A DNA stretch of 64,000 nucleotides from Styela clava (GCF_964204865.1 NC_135250.1:28582001-28646000), one strand, 5' to 3'. Numbered from the stretch's first letter, positions 1-12,264 are shown. Program-made: numbers and translations. Notes: generated from the letters alone by a model not told the origin.

Positions 1-476
1 ATTTTTATCTGTAGGGGAATTCGAAGGACAATGTGTTTCAGAACATTTCCCAAACAATAGGTGGACTCAAAACTGCAATTGCAACAAAAATCAAATTATT
101 TTCATAGAGGTTTGTGTGTGTGTGAGTGATTTGACAATTTTGCGCAACGCATGCAATTCTGTCTCCTATGCTTTGTAGATGATTTGGAACATATATCGGA
201 ACATAACTTTTGAGCAAATCGTCTTAGATTTCTTATACTTTTGGGTACAATCATGCACAAACCTGGGTTGGACCACAAACAAAATCTAACGAATTTTTTG
301 GAAATTAATCATTAATTTTGTGGGTTTCGTTTTAATTATGGATCACCATGTATAGAAGTATTGGACGAAAGTGAGGCATGAGTAACTAGGCATTTTTGAG
401 GCACGGTATAATAATTGTGTTTTGCAAATTTAATCAAAATAACGTCTTACGAATGTATTTCCATATTATATGTCAG

Positions 477-3400
477 TGACAAGATACGAAGAAAAAAGGA
501 ATATCTTGAAAGCATTCCTGATAACACATATAAGCAAAAGTAAGTTGCCATACCAGCAGTTGAGCCTTTTTGGAACCTTATATGAAGCCAATGACGTCAC
601 CCTAATTCGCTCAGCCGTCAAAAGAATAGATTTTGTCGGCGCTACCTTAACTGTAGAAGGAATCTATGCAATGTCTTTTGTGATGCGACAATGCAGGCAA
701 CTAGATCTACTCCGCCTCGCTAAATGCGGCCTTTCTGGTGAGCTATTTCGAAGAATGGAGCAGAATTTGATTGGTTCAGAATTGAAGGTAATTGTGATTA
801 TACATAAAATCATCTTTATTTGAGTAACCGAGGAGGAAAAGTTAACATTTATGACATTCTAAAAAAGTGTTTTGAATATTTTGGTTCGATTTATTTTATT
901 GTGGTTTTTTATTTGTAAGTATTTTTCATTTCACAGCATAGAAATATAAAAATATGACTGAATTTACATTCAATTATATTGTAAGAATATGATCATACAG
1001 GTAACAGAATTGGACATCAGCGGGAATACAATGTACAATGAATATTGCAGTGCTTTCAGTGCTTTCCTATCACATATTGAAGTTGGTAAACTCACCATGA
1101 AATATTGCAAACTAACGGTGAACGGATTTCGAGAAATGCAACAACACTCTGGATCAAAGGTTATTGAATTTATTGTTTTGTTATTTAATCCCAATACAAA
1201 TTTCTGATTTATGATAAGGAAAGCGCAAAATAGATAAATGAGATTTATCCAATAAAGCCATTTTCATATAATCAATAATTAATTAAAATATTAAAATAAA
1301 TAATTGAATAATATTGTAAGTGTGTTTTTCAGAAGACGTTCAGAAGACCCCCAAGTCATCATTATTTCGTATTTCATTTATTCGATAAGTTTGATAAAAT
1401 CACCAATGTGACAAAATCATAATATTTTAACCTATTGTATCGTAAATGTGATTCATTTCATTTTAAGGTTCCAAACAAGTTAAATAAAATTTTGAATACA
1501 TTTTTTATCTCTAATATAATGGTAAATCGAAATGCAAAATATCAAAGTTAATTCTTATACATGTCAACCTTAAGTGCATTGGGTATATTCAAATTTCGTC
1601 ACTATTATTACTTATATTATTACTATTATTATTACTATTATTACTATTATTATTACTATTATTATTACTATTATTATTACTATTATTATTACTATTATTA
1701 TTACTATATATTATTACTATTAAGGCTTCCCCTATGATAAAACATTTCGTTTATTTTTTCCGAATTTATTGCCTGTTTTTCAGTATAAGAAGGCAAGTTT
1801 GTGAACGATTTGAGCTTTTCGTGTAATTAATACCGAAAATGTAATTTTTTTAATTTCAGATTCACACATTGGATGTTCGATTTAATGGTGCAATGACCTT
1901 TGAACTGTATCATGCAATCGCCTCATTTGCAAAATACAGAGAAGTCGAAGAACTATTCATTGATCGATGGAATATCTTTAAAGCAAATGAAAATAAACTT
2001 TCCACAATTTTTGAATTGAATGTATTGGGCAATGTGAGAACACTACAATTTATATTTTATATTCATTCATGTGTTATGATAAAGATAGAATTAAAAGTAT
2101 TTCATATTCTTCAAATATGTGAAATTTATTTTTACCATTATTTCAAAATATCCTATTTTTTTTTAGGTAAATATGTTTGATATCAGTGGCGTAAAAAATC
2201 TTGGCCCTGCTGGTTTTGCTAAAATTGGATCTGTCGTTTCGCGATGTCAACCAAAAGTTCTTCGGGCTCGGGAATGCAATTTGACATCAACGGAAATGGA
2301 GTCATTGAGACAAAACATATTTGATATAAAGGTTTGCATTTAAAATGATATTTTCAGATTTGAACAATGATATTGAAATGTATACGTCAATGCCTTGATA
2401 ATCTGAAACATTATCAAATCTCGGGTATATAAAAGCTTCAATTTATTTCAAAAATTTATCTTATAACTCCTTAGTCTTAATTGTAAAGAATAGATTTGAA
2501 ATATTAACTCATCGGTATTCGTTTATGCCACGAAAGATGATGTGCAATGTGATGATTGTTTTATAAGGTTAAACAAATTATTTGTTAAAAGTAAAACATG
2601 ATGATGGAAGGTAAAATATCCTTTTCAAAGGTACTCAAAATTCGCATAATAATATTTACATATTTGGGTCAATGGAAAGCATATAAAAAAATGCAATACT
2701 TTTTTTTAAATAAAGTCTCAATGATGTGAACCACGGCTAACTTATTTGAATTTAAAACTGTTCATCATCTCCATTCCTAAAATTGTTTCAATTAATTTAA
2801 AATTTGTAATAGATATACAATATGTTAGAACAGATTTTCATTTTAAATATTATTGACATGACAAATCCAATTCCGCAGAACTTTTGACCAGGATAATATT
2901 TGACCTAAACTTAACTTGTCCAAAATTTAACCCAGGCTTCAAATACCTTTATTTACGAGGTAATATTAGCAAACGATATAAGATGTCAACACCTAGGGTA
3001 CATATTGCGCCATAATTTGACGTAGCTATTTCTATAATGTTTGTTTGTAATGGATATTTAATATATAATTGGTTCAAGGGGATTTTTGCTTTAAAATATC
3101 ACAAAGAGGTGCGTCTACACAATGGCATGTTACAACATGCTCACTGTAACCAATGTTTTACCACATTGCTTCAACCGTAATGTCTTCAATAATTAATATA
3201 TCTATTCTTAATCAATGATATTGCTCATGGTATGAAATCGACACCCACCAAGTTATCCCCTGGGGTATATCAAATGAATTGCACAAGTCGGTATAAAAAT
3301 ATTGCAATAAATTGAAACTATAATATTGGTATGTGACAGGTTTATGAATTATATTCTGCGTTTGAAGTAAAAAGACCCACTTTCACATTTTTATGAAATC

Positions 3401-6097
3401 AAATAATTTTATTTATTTTCAGCTAATGGAACTGAATGTTAGTGGTAACAAAAGACTAGGAACTAATGGCTTTGGTGAAGTTGGATCAGTTGCTTCTCTG
3501 ACTCAAACTAAAGTTCTTTCTGCCTGGGAATGTAATTTAACAGCGGAAGGAATTAAAGCTTTCAGGAAAAACACTAAAAATGCAACGGTAAAAAAGTTTT
3601 TGATTTTTTTATATCTTTGTATAAAGTATATTTCCCCACCTTCCTTATCCGTAATATGAACAAATGAAAAATAACCTATATATCAACCATGTTGTTGATA
3701 GTCCCCTTTCATATATATCTGTACCTGTCATACGTTTATTCAATAATGCTCTCGAGATAAATGGATTGTTTGATCAATTAAGTCATCAAGTAGAATTCTT
3801 ATTCCTTCCGCGGCGTTATTTTGACGACATCGCTTTTGTTTGGATTGTAAACAAGTTACTTTTAACTGAACAAATAAACCTTTTATATTTCGTTATCTTC
3901 ATAATTTCGTGAGTAAATTTATTTCGTACGTAATGTAAACAAAATAACATTTTTTAATAGTTCAAAGAACTGGTAATCGGCGGAAACACCGACCTCGGCA
4001 AAGCAGGTTTTGGCGAAATTGGTTTAGTCACTTCACAATGTAACGTAAGAAAACTGAATGCTTGCGAATGCAATATTACAGCAAGAGGAATGAAAGCTTT
4101 CAAGGAAAACACTCCCAATGCAAAGGTGACAGACACATGCTCAGTTATTTGATTTTTCGGTAGCATCAGTAAAGTAAACCTCCGGATGTTTTTAGCACAT
4201 AGTAAAATAAGCATATTATTCAGAATATTTCAGTCTAATATTTATGTTCCAAGAAATAAATTAAAACCCCCAAAGACAAATTGAATTCTAATTTTTTTTT
4301 ACATGTTAAGTGATATCGTACATATCTTGATATTTGTTGCTTACAAATTATATGATGATATTAATAACTACACAATTCCAAAACATTTTACAAGTTGTAT
4401 TTTCCAACAAAACTATTGTTCCTCTAGTTTGGAGTATCATGATTTGACTATTTAAATTTTTACTGTAATGGCCTTTATAAGTCAATAAAAAAATGCTCGA
4501 AATATAGACGCACAACCTTATCGGTATGGTTACAACTGAGACACGAATTGCTAAAAATAAGGACAAGCGTGATAGAATAAACTGTTTTTAGAAGTAATAA
4601 AAGATTTTTGGTGCCAAAACGAAAGAACATGTTACAACGTGCAGTTCTGAAAGTTTAGAATAGATGGTGCTCCCGAAGTATGTGTACTAAGATGGCGCAA
4701 CACATGAAAATAGTATGTGCACCAGGTTAGGGTTATCAGGTTGTGCGCCAAATGACGCACACCATTCTGGTGCGACGATTGGTCTGTCAATTGCGGGAAA
4801 AACTTTTTTTCGGCAATAACAACAACAACATTAACAATTAACCCCAGCAACAACAATTTAGCAAAGCAATCCAAATGCCATTTTTTTACTCTTTCAGATT
4901 AATGGAGATTTTCCTCTATCATTGAACTTGCATAGCAATATAGTCAAAATTAATTGTTTTATTTCTAAATAAATTTACATTTTTTTTATTTTTTTTATTA
5001 TCAGATGGAAACTCTTGTTATCAGCGGTAACAAAAATCTGGGTACTGATGGCTTCGCCGAATTTGGCCTCGTTGTTACACAATGTCAGATCAAAAAAGTT
5101 AGTGCTCAAGAATGCGACGTGACAGCATATGATCTAAGAGCTTTTCAAGAAAATACACGTAATACCGAGGTCAGTTTGTCTGAAATATACATTAAATATC
5201 ACTTTTATCGTTGAGTAAAACCCACGTTAGTCGTCGATCGATAAAGGCTGAGCATTTCAAATACCTGAAATTATTGGAAACATAGTATCCGTCACTCTAG
5301 GCAGTTCGATAAGTTGTCACTCATAATAAGAATCATTTTTTAACAATATTTCGCTAGAAATTAAAAATCCAGATGTCATAACATCGTTTTGAAAAATATA
5401 TTTCTATAACAAAGTCTGGGATTCATATAGAAATAATATAATTGCAATTTGTAATTTTTGTCTCGACCGATTAGAATAATTTGTAATTAGATTCGATATT
5501 TGATTCAAAATGCCCAGTCATAGATACGACCGTTTTAACCATTTTACGCGACGAGGTCTAGACATTTTTTAGACACCTTTTTTTGCTTTTAAAAAATAAT
5601 CAAATCTAGTTATCAATTGTAATTGTTGGGAACTGCAAACATTCTGCGTTGGCACACATACCCGATTTGCTATATATCACAAGGTTTCTTTCACCATTTT
5701 TTGACTTGTAAAACCAACATCTCTCAAACCTTGATCTCTCGCGCCAGTCCATGGCCCTCACATGGCTAACCCAGACAGTCCCCGAACTTGTAATAGAACT
5801 AGAATAAGGATAATCGGAATAAAATTATGGCCTAACCTGGTACACATACTACGGAAGTACATCACTGTAACCATCAATATTAAACGTGTCTATTTTTCAA
5901 CGTTTTAGATAAAGAGATTGGATCTAAGCTGGAACAGCGTCGAATTAATGGGACAAGAAGGATTGTCTGCAATCAGGGATATTGTCCAGCAATGCAAAGT
6001 TGAAAAACTAGAAATGTATAATTGTGACTGGAAATTGCTCGATTTGGAAAGATTTGAAAAATCGATTGCCGACATTGATGTTAACTTCAAGCATTAG
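477..6097 (+). CDS. 3' part of an NLR-like (NACHT-LRR) protein: HD2/LRR junction plus ribonuclease-inhibitor-type LRRs; 5' exons not resolved or outside the window
   Basis: GT-AG exons in continuous frame: 477-787, 1001-1159, 1860-2033, 2167-2331, 3423-3587, 3961-4125, 5005-5169, 5909-6097 (TAG). The LRR exons start with an LxxLxISGN-type motif (VTELDISGN, LMELNVSGNKRLG, FKELVIGGNTDLG, METLVISGNKNLG, IKRLDLSWN) and most carry a second repeat with C(N/D/K)(L/I/V)T. The first exon, LFGTLYEANDVTLI...MSFVMRQCRQLDLLRLAKCGLS, resembles the NLR HD2-to-LRR junction. AATAAA motifs follow at about 6630-6715. The NACHT domain itself is not in view. Confidence 0.8.
1601..1722. repeat. (TATTAC/TATTATTAC)n microsatellite in an LRR-gene intron
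   Basis: Directly visible tandem TAT/TAC repeats. Confidence 0.95.
4666..4775. mobile_element. Partial copy of the abundant GG..CC TIR MITE family
   Basis: ggtgctcccgaagtatgtgtactaagatggcg...gtatgtgcaccaggttagggtt matches copies at 11201, 12035 and 36427. Confidence 0.7.
5750..5861. mobile_element. Partial MITE family copy
   Basis: ggctaacccagacagtccccgaacttgtaatagaact...cctggtacacatactacggaagtac is shared with 26413-26626, 38958-39168 and 63587-63800. Confidence 0.75.
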
Positions 6098-7879
6098 ATT
6101 TTGCGCTGAAAATCCATTTTTTACGCGAATAATAGCTTCTAAATATTTATATTATAAATTTTTCTATCAAGCCAGACGGTTATGTGTCGTGTTGAATCGA
6201 TGAATCAAAATTAAAATTTGGAAAAAATTATTCATTAGTCTAGACTAAAAATCATTGACTAAAAAGTTAATTGTTTCTTCATTTAAACTCAAACTCACTT
6301 TTTGAGATCGTTGCTTCAGTCCAATTTCGCCAACCTCGGGATAATAGCGCCAACACGCGGATGTTTATTTATAGATTTATTCGAGCTATTTATAAGTAAA
6401 CTATTGGAAGAGATAGGAACGTCGTTATCACTATTGCATTGGTTTTGTAATATCACATTTCTTAAATATATTAGTTTTGTTCAATTAATGCTTTATTATA
6501 AAATGTTTTGTGGAGTCCCAAAAAAGTTTCATGCTTAATCTTTCGATTGCAAAGCTATATTAATTAAGTAATTATAACAACCTTGAAACTCTACACTCAG
6601 TTTTGAAATACCAATATTTCTTTAATGAATAAAATTGATTATTTTTGAATAAAAAATAATGGAATTTATTAGACGGTATGAATTTGACTCTGAATTTTAA
6701 ATTTCATCGGAATAAACTCCATAGTTACACGAAAAAAACTTCAAAGTTGAACATTTTGTCTTTTTTCTCTTAATGTCTCTTTGGTTAATTTCACCTATTC
6801 AACACATGTTGTAATATTCCTCAGCACTTATATATTTGGATTCCGTGAGTTGAAAATACTTATTTCAAATATTTCATAGTTTCAAATATTTATTGTCAAT
6901 TATTGTCATTTCTGAGTTTCATTTTTTGATATTATTTCAACTTTCTGGCGACCGGGCCCCTTCCAAGTTTCTGAAGTCATGCCACGGTTATCAGTTGATA
7001 AAAAGTACCTTATGTAAGATGTGGGATGTTCCAATAATAGCAATTATTTTGAGCTGTCTGTATTAACTTTTCTGGATTTGCATTAATGTTTGCTGGAGTA
7101 ATTTGATCATGTTCAAATTCTTTTCCGATAACAGCAAGTACCCTACCCTATTCTCTCGTTTCGAAAAAAAAGAGATTAAGCGCGGATACAATGTGGTCAA
7201 CGGTTTTATAAAACGATTGGCATATTTTTCATTTTGAATAAATGTTCAGTTTTATGATTTTATGCTTGTGAGCGTTGGTCGAGATACTTTGGTTGTAAGC
7301 AACAATTTTAACCCTTCCATGGACGGTTTCAGACCCTAAATTTGAAGCCATCTGTACGTTTGATGTTCATTCACGTCATGTGAACAAATCCTAGTGGGAT
7401 ATTTTACATGTAATGGTTTATCATGCCAAGTTTTAGCCTCTGCTTTTCAATTTCTTTCTTATAATTGAGTTTGAAATCTTTTGCCGTCATGTTTGCAGTT
7501 TTTTCTTACTTATGAAATTATCAATACCAATTTCCTTATATTTCCTTAATTTCCATAAATTTTTCAGTGTTACTGAAGAAACAGTCAAATCACCAATTTT
7601 TATTTTTATTTAAAAATCTCGCACGATACGCATCAAAGAATCTTATGTTTCGGTCAAGTAATTTTTCAGTCCTACTGTAGATGCATTATAACTTTTCTGA
7701 AATTGAAGCAGATATCGGTCGCCTTGACTTGAATCTAATTACAAACCTTCAGTGCTTGCTTGAGGGAGGTGTATTGTTTTTATCGTCATCGATTTTTGCG
7801 TTTTTGTATCAAATTGTCCAAATATTTTTTTATTATCATTATGCTTTATTATCAAATATACAATAAATAATATCAGCGG

Positions 7880-9340
7880 TGAACAAAGAAGAGCTTAAAA
7901 ATGGGCGACAAATGAATACGACAAGACAAGCGTACAAGTCGATCTTAAAGTAGATTTTGGGCAACCCGCACTGCTTTATTAAATAATCCCAGCGCGCCCG
8001 CACCACTTTTCATATGCAGATGGGAGAATCACAAAATAATACATGAGTTTTTATTGAATGAGGTTAAATTTATAACAGATTAAACACAAATTAACACATT
8101 TTCGACACAACTCGACCATGCTGCAATCAATTAATATGATACTTTGCAATAACTTAACACGAGACAGCGTCTCATTGCTGATCATGACCGTCGTTCCTGA
8201 GGAATCCACTTTGGACGTTTAAGAGTATTCAATGTAGGGTTCAAGTGTTGTCCGTGAGCTAGTGAGGAATAGATTGTGAACAACGCAGAAATACGATAAA
8301 GAAGGTTTCAGCGATCCTATAAGTAATATAATATAAGTTTGGGGTGTAGGCATGAGTCATTCTAGAACAAATCGCATAATAATTGACAGTAATCAATCGA
8401 ACCCGTTTCAGTTGATAAAATCTGTTACGAAAATATAATATTACAATATTAACTGAAAAATTTTAAACTTTGTGAAGTGTGAACCCAGCGGATTGGTTTT
8501 AGCACCTACCTAGTCCACACTTGGAAGATGGATTTTGAGATTATTGACTGAGTTGAACTGAAATATTACGAGGCCTCCGACCTCTTGATACAAACAAAAC
8601 TCTTGAAAAGCATGACATGAAAGAAGCTGCTATTTGTAGACCGGAATCTATCCGGATCGGCTTTCTATTTATTGCAACTCTGTTGTGATAATGCAATAAT
8701 TGTGTTTTTCAGCTGTCACCACAACGTAGTCTAGCGCTAGACCAAGTCATGCGATACCCACAATATCGCCCCACTCGCAAACTTTCCAAATTGCTCGTCG
8801 TCACTGAAGCACGGAAAACGCAGCGAAGTATAGATATACAACCCGCTTTTACTTGCTGTGAATTTTGTGTATAAATTGTGCCAGGAATCTGAAGCAATAC
8901 CAAGGATATGCAATTAGTTTCCATAAATTACAAAAACTGTTTTGATAAATCTATCCAACCACTCTTTTGATGTTATAATATTTGAATACATTGAAAAATA
9001 ACAAATAGGTTTTGTACTGTGTTCAATTTGATTCATCCTTCTACAAATCAATTCATTTGTTTATAACTATATGAACCAAAATATAAATATGTAATTTCCA
9101 TTCTTTCGACAATGTCATTAATATTTTCTTCCTATATTTTTGCTCGACAGGTGATAATCACACTTTAGCGACTGAAATTTTTTTTAGTATATAAGTTACT
9201 AATAATGTGGTCAATTTGGGACATCGATTATGCAACCCATAATTATTGTTGGTTTTTCAACTTTTTTACTATGCTATTATGTGTTAAAAAGACCCAGAAA
9301 CTTTCCACCATGCCCCCGAGGACTTCATTACTAGGATATG
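7880..9340 (+). repeat. Diverged duplicate of the CYP-A upstream region and exon-1 start (paralogous to about 14476-15801)
   Basis: Colinear shared blocks, e.g. aaatgaatacgacaagac, cccagcgcgccc, ttggacgttta, agaagct.ctatttgtagacc, ttctatttattgcaac, tatgcaattagtt, aaataggtttt.tactgtgtt. Confidence 0.85.
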
Positions 9341-10911
9341 TTGTTTCACAATGTCAGATCAAAAAAGTTAGTGCTCAAGAATGCGACGTGACAGCATATG
9401 ATCTAAGAGCTTTTCAAGAGAACACGCGTGATACCGAGGTAAGTTTGTCAGAAATTAACTTTAAAAATCAATTATTTCGATGAGTAAAACCCATGTTGGT
9501 CGTCGATCGATAAACACTGGACGTTTTCAAATACCTGAAATAATTGAAAACATAACATCCATCACTCTAGGCAGTTCGATAAGTTGTCACACACGATGAG
9601 AAACATTTTTTAGGTGTTGGCCGCCCCTGCTCTAGTCCATCGTTTCCCAAACTGTGAACCAAGGAACACTAGTGTTCCGCGAGCGTCTTCCGAGTGTTCC
9701 GTGGAAAGTAAATAAAAAATACGTCTTAATGGGTCGCATGGCAATAGGACTAACTAAGGTATGGTAGTGGGCAGTCGCATTTTCGTTAACCGTCGGCCTA
9801 GTGTTTTGACTGTTAAGTTCATTATCAAGTTTGCAGCAATCATTTTGATTTTGTTATAGGCAAACAGGTAGGTCTAAAGATTAAAGGCAAATGGTCAACT
9901 CTTCTTCCGCCATCTCTGCCAGGATTTACTTTCAAATGCTAAAAAAAAATACTCACGTTTGCTAACCTTGATCCAGCAGATAAATATATTGCATCTCGCG
10001 AAGTTGCTGCAGGTACTTCTATCTTCATTAGACTTAAAATTAGAGGCAAATACTACGTAATGGAAAGTAAACGACATAGAAAGGTGAAATGAATTTGTTG
10101 ATTCATATACACAGCATTCAAATTAAGAAACAACAAAACATTTATAATAAATTAAATATGTAAAATATTCAATCATATTTTTCAGAAAACGAACGAAGAA
10201 GCGATTTTACATGGATATACTATCCCGAAAAATACAACGGTGCGTTTTGCTTTGATAACCAAATTTAAAGCAAATTTGAGAGAAAATAGTTGCTGCGTAA
10301 ATAGTAATGTATAGTTTTATGATAAATAGAAGAAGGCATGTGAAAACTGACATCCAACTCCGTTTCCAGCCACGAATCCACGCAACTCTGGTTGGAAAAA
10401 TACTGAACTCAAACTTAAGTTTTGAACTGGACAAAATTCTAATTTTAATAACAAAAGTTTTTGATATTCTCAAAGCATACACATTGAGTCGTTACTGCCG
10501 AGTTCAACCGAAAAAAAAAAAAATGATAAAGGTGGTGAATATTTTTGTCTTACATTGTGCCCTAATTAGATGTCCTTCATTTCAGGTTTGCCCTAACTAC
10601 TTATGGGCAGTTAATCACGACCCAGAATATTTTGAAACCCCAGACGAATTTCGACCTGAGAGATTGATTTCTCAACCGTGACGGAAAATGTATCCAATCA
10701 AATCACGTGATCCCGTTTTCTGTCGGCCCTCGTCGCTGTTTTGGAGAACAACTTGCAAGAATGGAAATTTTCCTTTTTATAACAGTAATTTTACAGAAGT
10801 TGAAAGTCGTGCCGGATCCGGAAAATCCCCATCCCATCAATTAATGAGGGTGGTAACAGTATAGTCACATATGAGCCACCTCAATTTGAGATCCTTTTTG
10901 AGAATAGATAA
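9205..10911 (+). pseudogene. Rearranged CYP2-like relic: degenerate exon-1 5' part fused to an LRR exon copy, then the 3' part of exon 8 and a frameshifted exon 9
   Basis: 9205-9342 aligns to CYP-A exon 1 (...GPRGLPLLGYV) with indels. 9340-9612 aligns to LRR exon plus intron 5071-5342. 10176-10239 encodes (IFQ)KTNEEAILHGYTIPKNTT followed by gt. 10586-10911 is the last exon with a frameshift after PER; the heme motif FSVGPRRCFG lies out of frame. Exons 2-7 are absent. Confidence 0.85.
9637..9720. mobile_element. hAT-type terminal fragment near the chimera breakpoint
   Basis: ccatcgtttcccaaactgtg...ggaacactagtgttccgcg resembles CAGTGTTTCCCAAACT-type hAT ends and has an internal palindrome, ggaacactagtgttcc. 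Confidence 0.5.
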
Positions 10912-11200
10912 AAAAAAACTTTGGTTTTTACAAATAATTCATTGTTAAAGTATATGAATGTATAATCTCACTTTTTGACTTACCAATAATAAGTTTTGAT
11001 GTATTCATATGTATATGTACACGTGATAACTCCGGTTTATTGGATAGATAGAAACAACCATGTGGATATCAATAATTATGCATTTCGTTGTATGAAGTAA
11101 GCATGGTTATGAAATTTTAAAAATGTACAATTTGACTCTTTCAATTACAAAGAAATATCAATGTTGTATATTTACACGTGCTAAGTACAATTCAATATGT

Positions 11201-11335
11201 GGTACCCTCGCAGTATGTGAACCAAGATGGCGGACACAGGCACGTAGTATGTGTACCAGGTTAGGGTTGGGCCTTAATTTCAGGTACAAATACTACAGGG
11301 GTCGCTTGGCTAATCCCCAAACCTCATGTGATAAA
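11201..11335. mobile_element. MITE family copy
   Basis: ggtaccctcgcagtatgtgaaccaagatggcggacac...gtatgtgtaccaggttagggtt matches the arms of the 12035 element. Confidence 0.7.
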
Positions 11336-12034
11336 TTTAATTTGATATATTTACTATATGAATAAAAAAAAAAACGTCAAAATAAAACCACGTATATAGA
11401 TTTGTATTTGTTTCAGATGATAGTCTGGAATTACAGAAACTTTTTGCGGTTTCAATTGAGGAGGAATTGTAAGATTTAAGACACCACACATTGAATCTGG
11501 TGTTTGAAATGTGATTCTTTTCTGGTATAAACTTAATCATGAGAAAAATTTCTATCGTCAATGTTGAGCATTTTGCTCTGAATAAAGTTATGCGGTTCCC
11601 CCTGCAGTATGCGCATGTGTTTTCCATTTTAGATAAGTTTGCATTGGTGTTGGAACTATTCAAATATCATCAGTGTTCATTTCCGTCCTGGAGATGAAAT
11701 TATGGTAGCAATATTTGTACTGTATGAACAAGATTGTAATGCTCAATTATATGGACATGAAGATTTGGAATCGGTAGAGTTACCGAGAAGCTTTAGAACA
11801 CTAAGTTTCTTGAAAGAATTGGCGGGCAAGTGCAATGGGGGTGTGTTTCCCCCTTATTCAAGATAAAACAGCAAAATTGTTTGTAAATTATTAGATCTCA
11901 TATGATCCCTGAAGAATTTGAAAAAATGAATAACAGTAGTAGCCTTTTGGCAATTTCAATCGCCATAATTGCCTTTCTGAAATTTTTTGTTTGAAGCCAT
12001 ATAATTTGAATTTGAGGCACTTCGAGCACATGCA

Positions 12035-12264
12035 CTTCCCAAGTATGCGATCCAAGATAGCGGACACTGGAACGTAGTATGTGTGCCAGATTAGGATCAA
12101 GCCATAATTTTATTCCAATTTACTTTTTTTGGTTCTATTACAAGTTCGGGGACTAGACAGGTGACTTCCGTAGTATTTGTACCTGAAATTATGGACTAAC
12201 CATAATCTGGTACACATTCTACGTTCCAGTGTCCGCCATATTGGTGCACATACTTCGGGATTAT
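12035..12264. mobile_element. MITE with about 75-bp terminal inverted repeats
   Basis: Left arm cccaagtatgcgatccaagatagcggacactggaacgtagtatgtgtgccagatta...ccataattt is the reverse complement of the right arm aaattatgg...taatctggtacacattctacgttccagtgtccgccatattggtgcacatacttcggga. Confidence 0.85.

Noticed and set aside
15-108. Possible upstream NLR exon (ag|gg...gag|gt, EFEGQCVSEHFPNNRW...)
   Set aside because: One frame is open, but no recognisable motif, and the phase could not be securely linked to the exon at 477.
3954-4214. Minus-strand ORFs overlapping exons (also 970-1194, 5905-6090, 21600-21884, 30992-31300, 55133-55503)
   Set aside because: Antisense shadows of real + strand exons.
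4720-4735. TTAGGG/CCCTAA motifs as interstitial telomere
   Set aside because: Only one or two units, always inside the MITE family.
7681-7866. ORF after an AG with LRR-like IGRLDLNL as an extra NLR exon
   Set aside because: Does not fit the two-repeat exon pattern; exon 5909-6097 already ends in a stop followed by AATAAA motifs.
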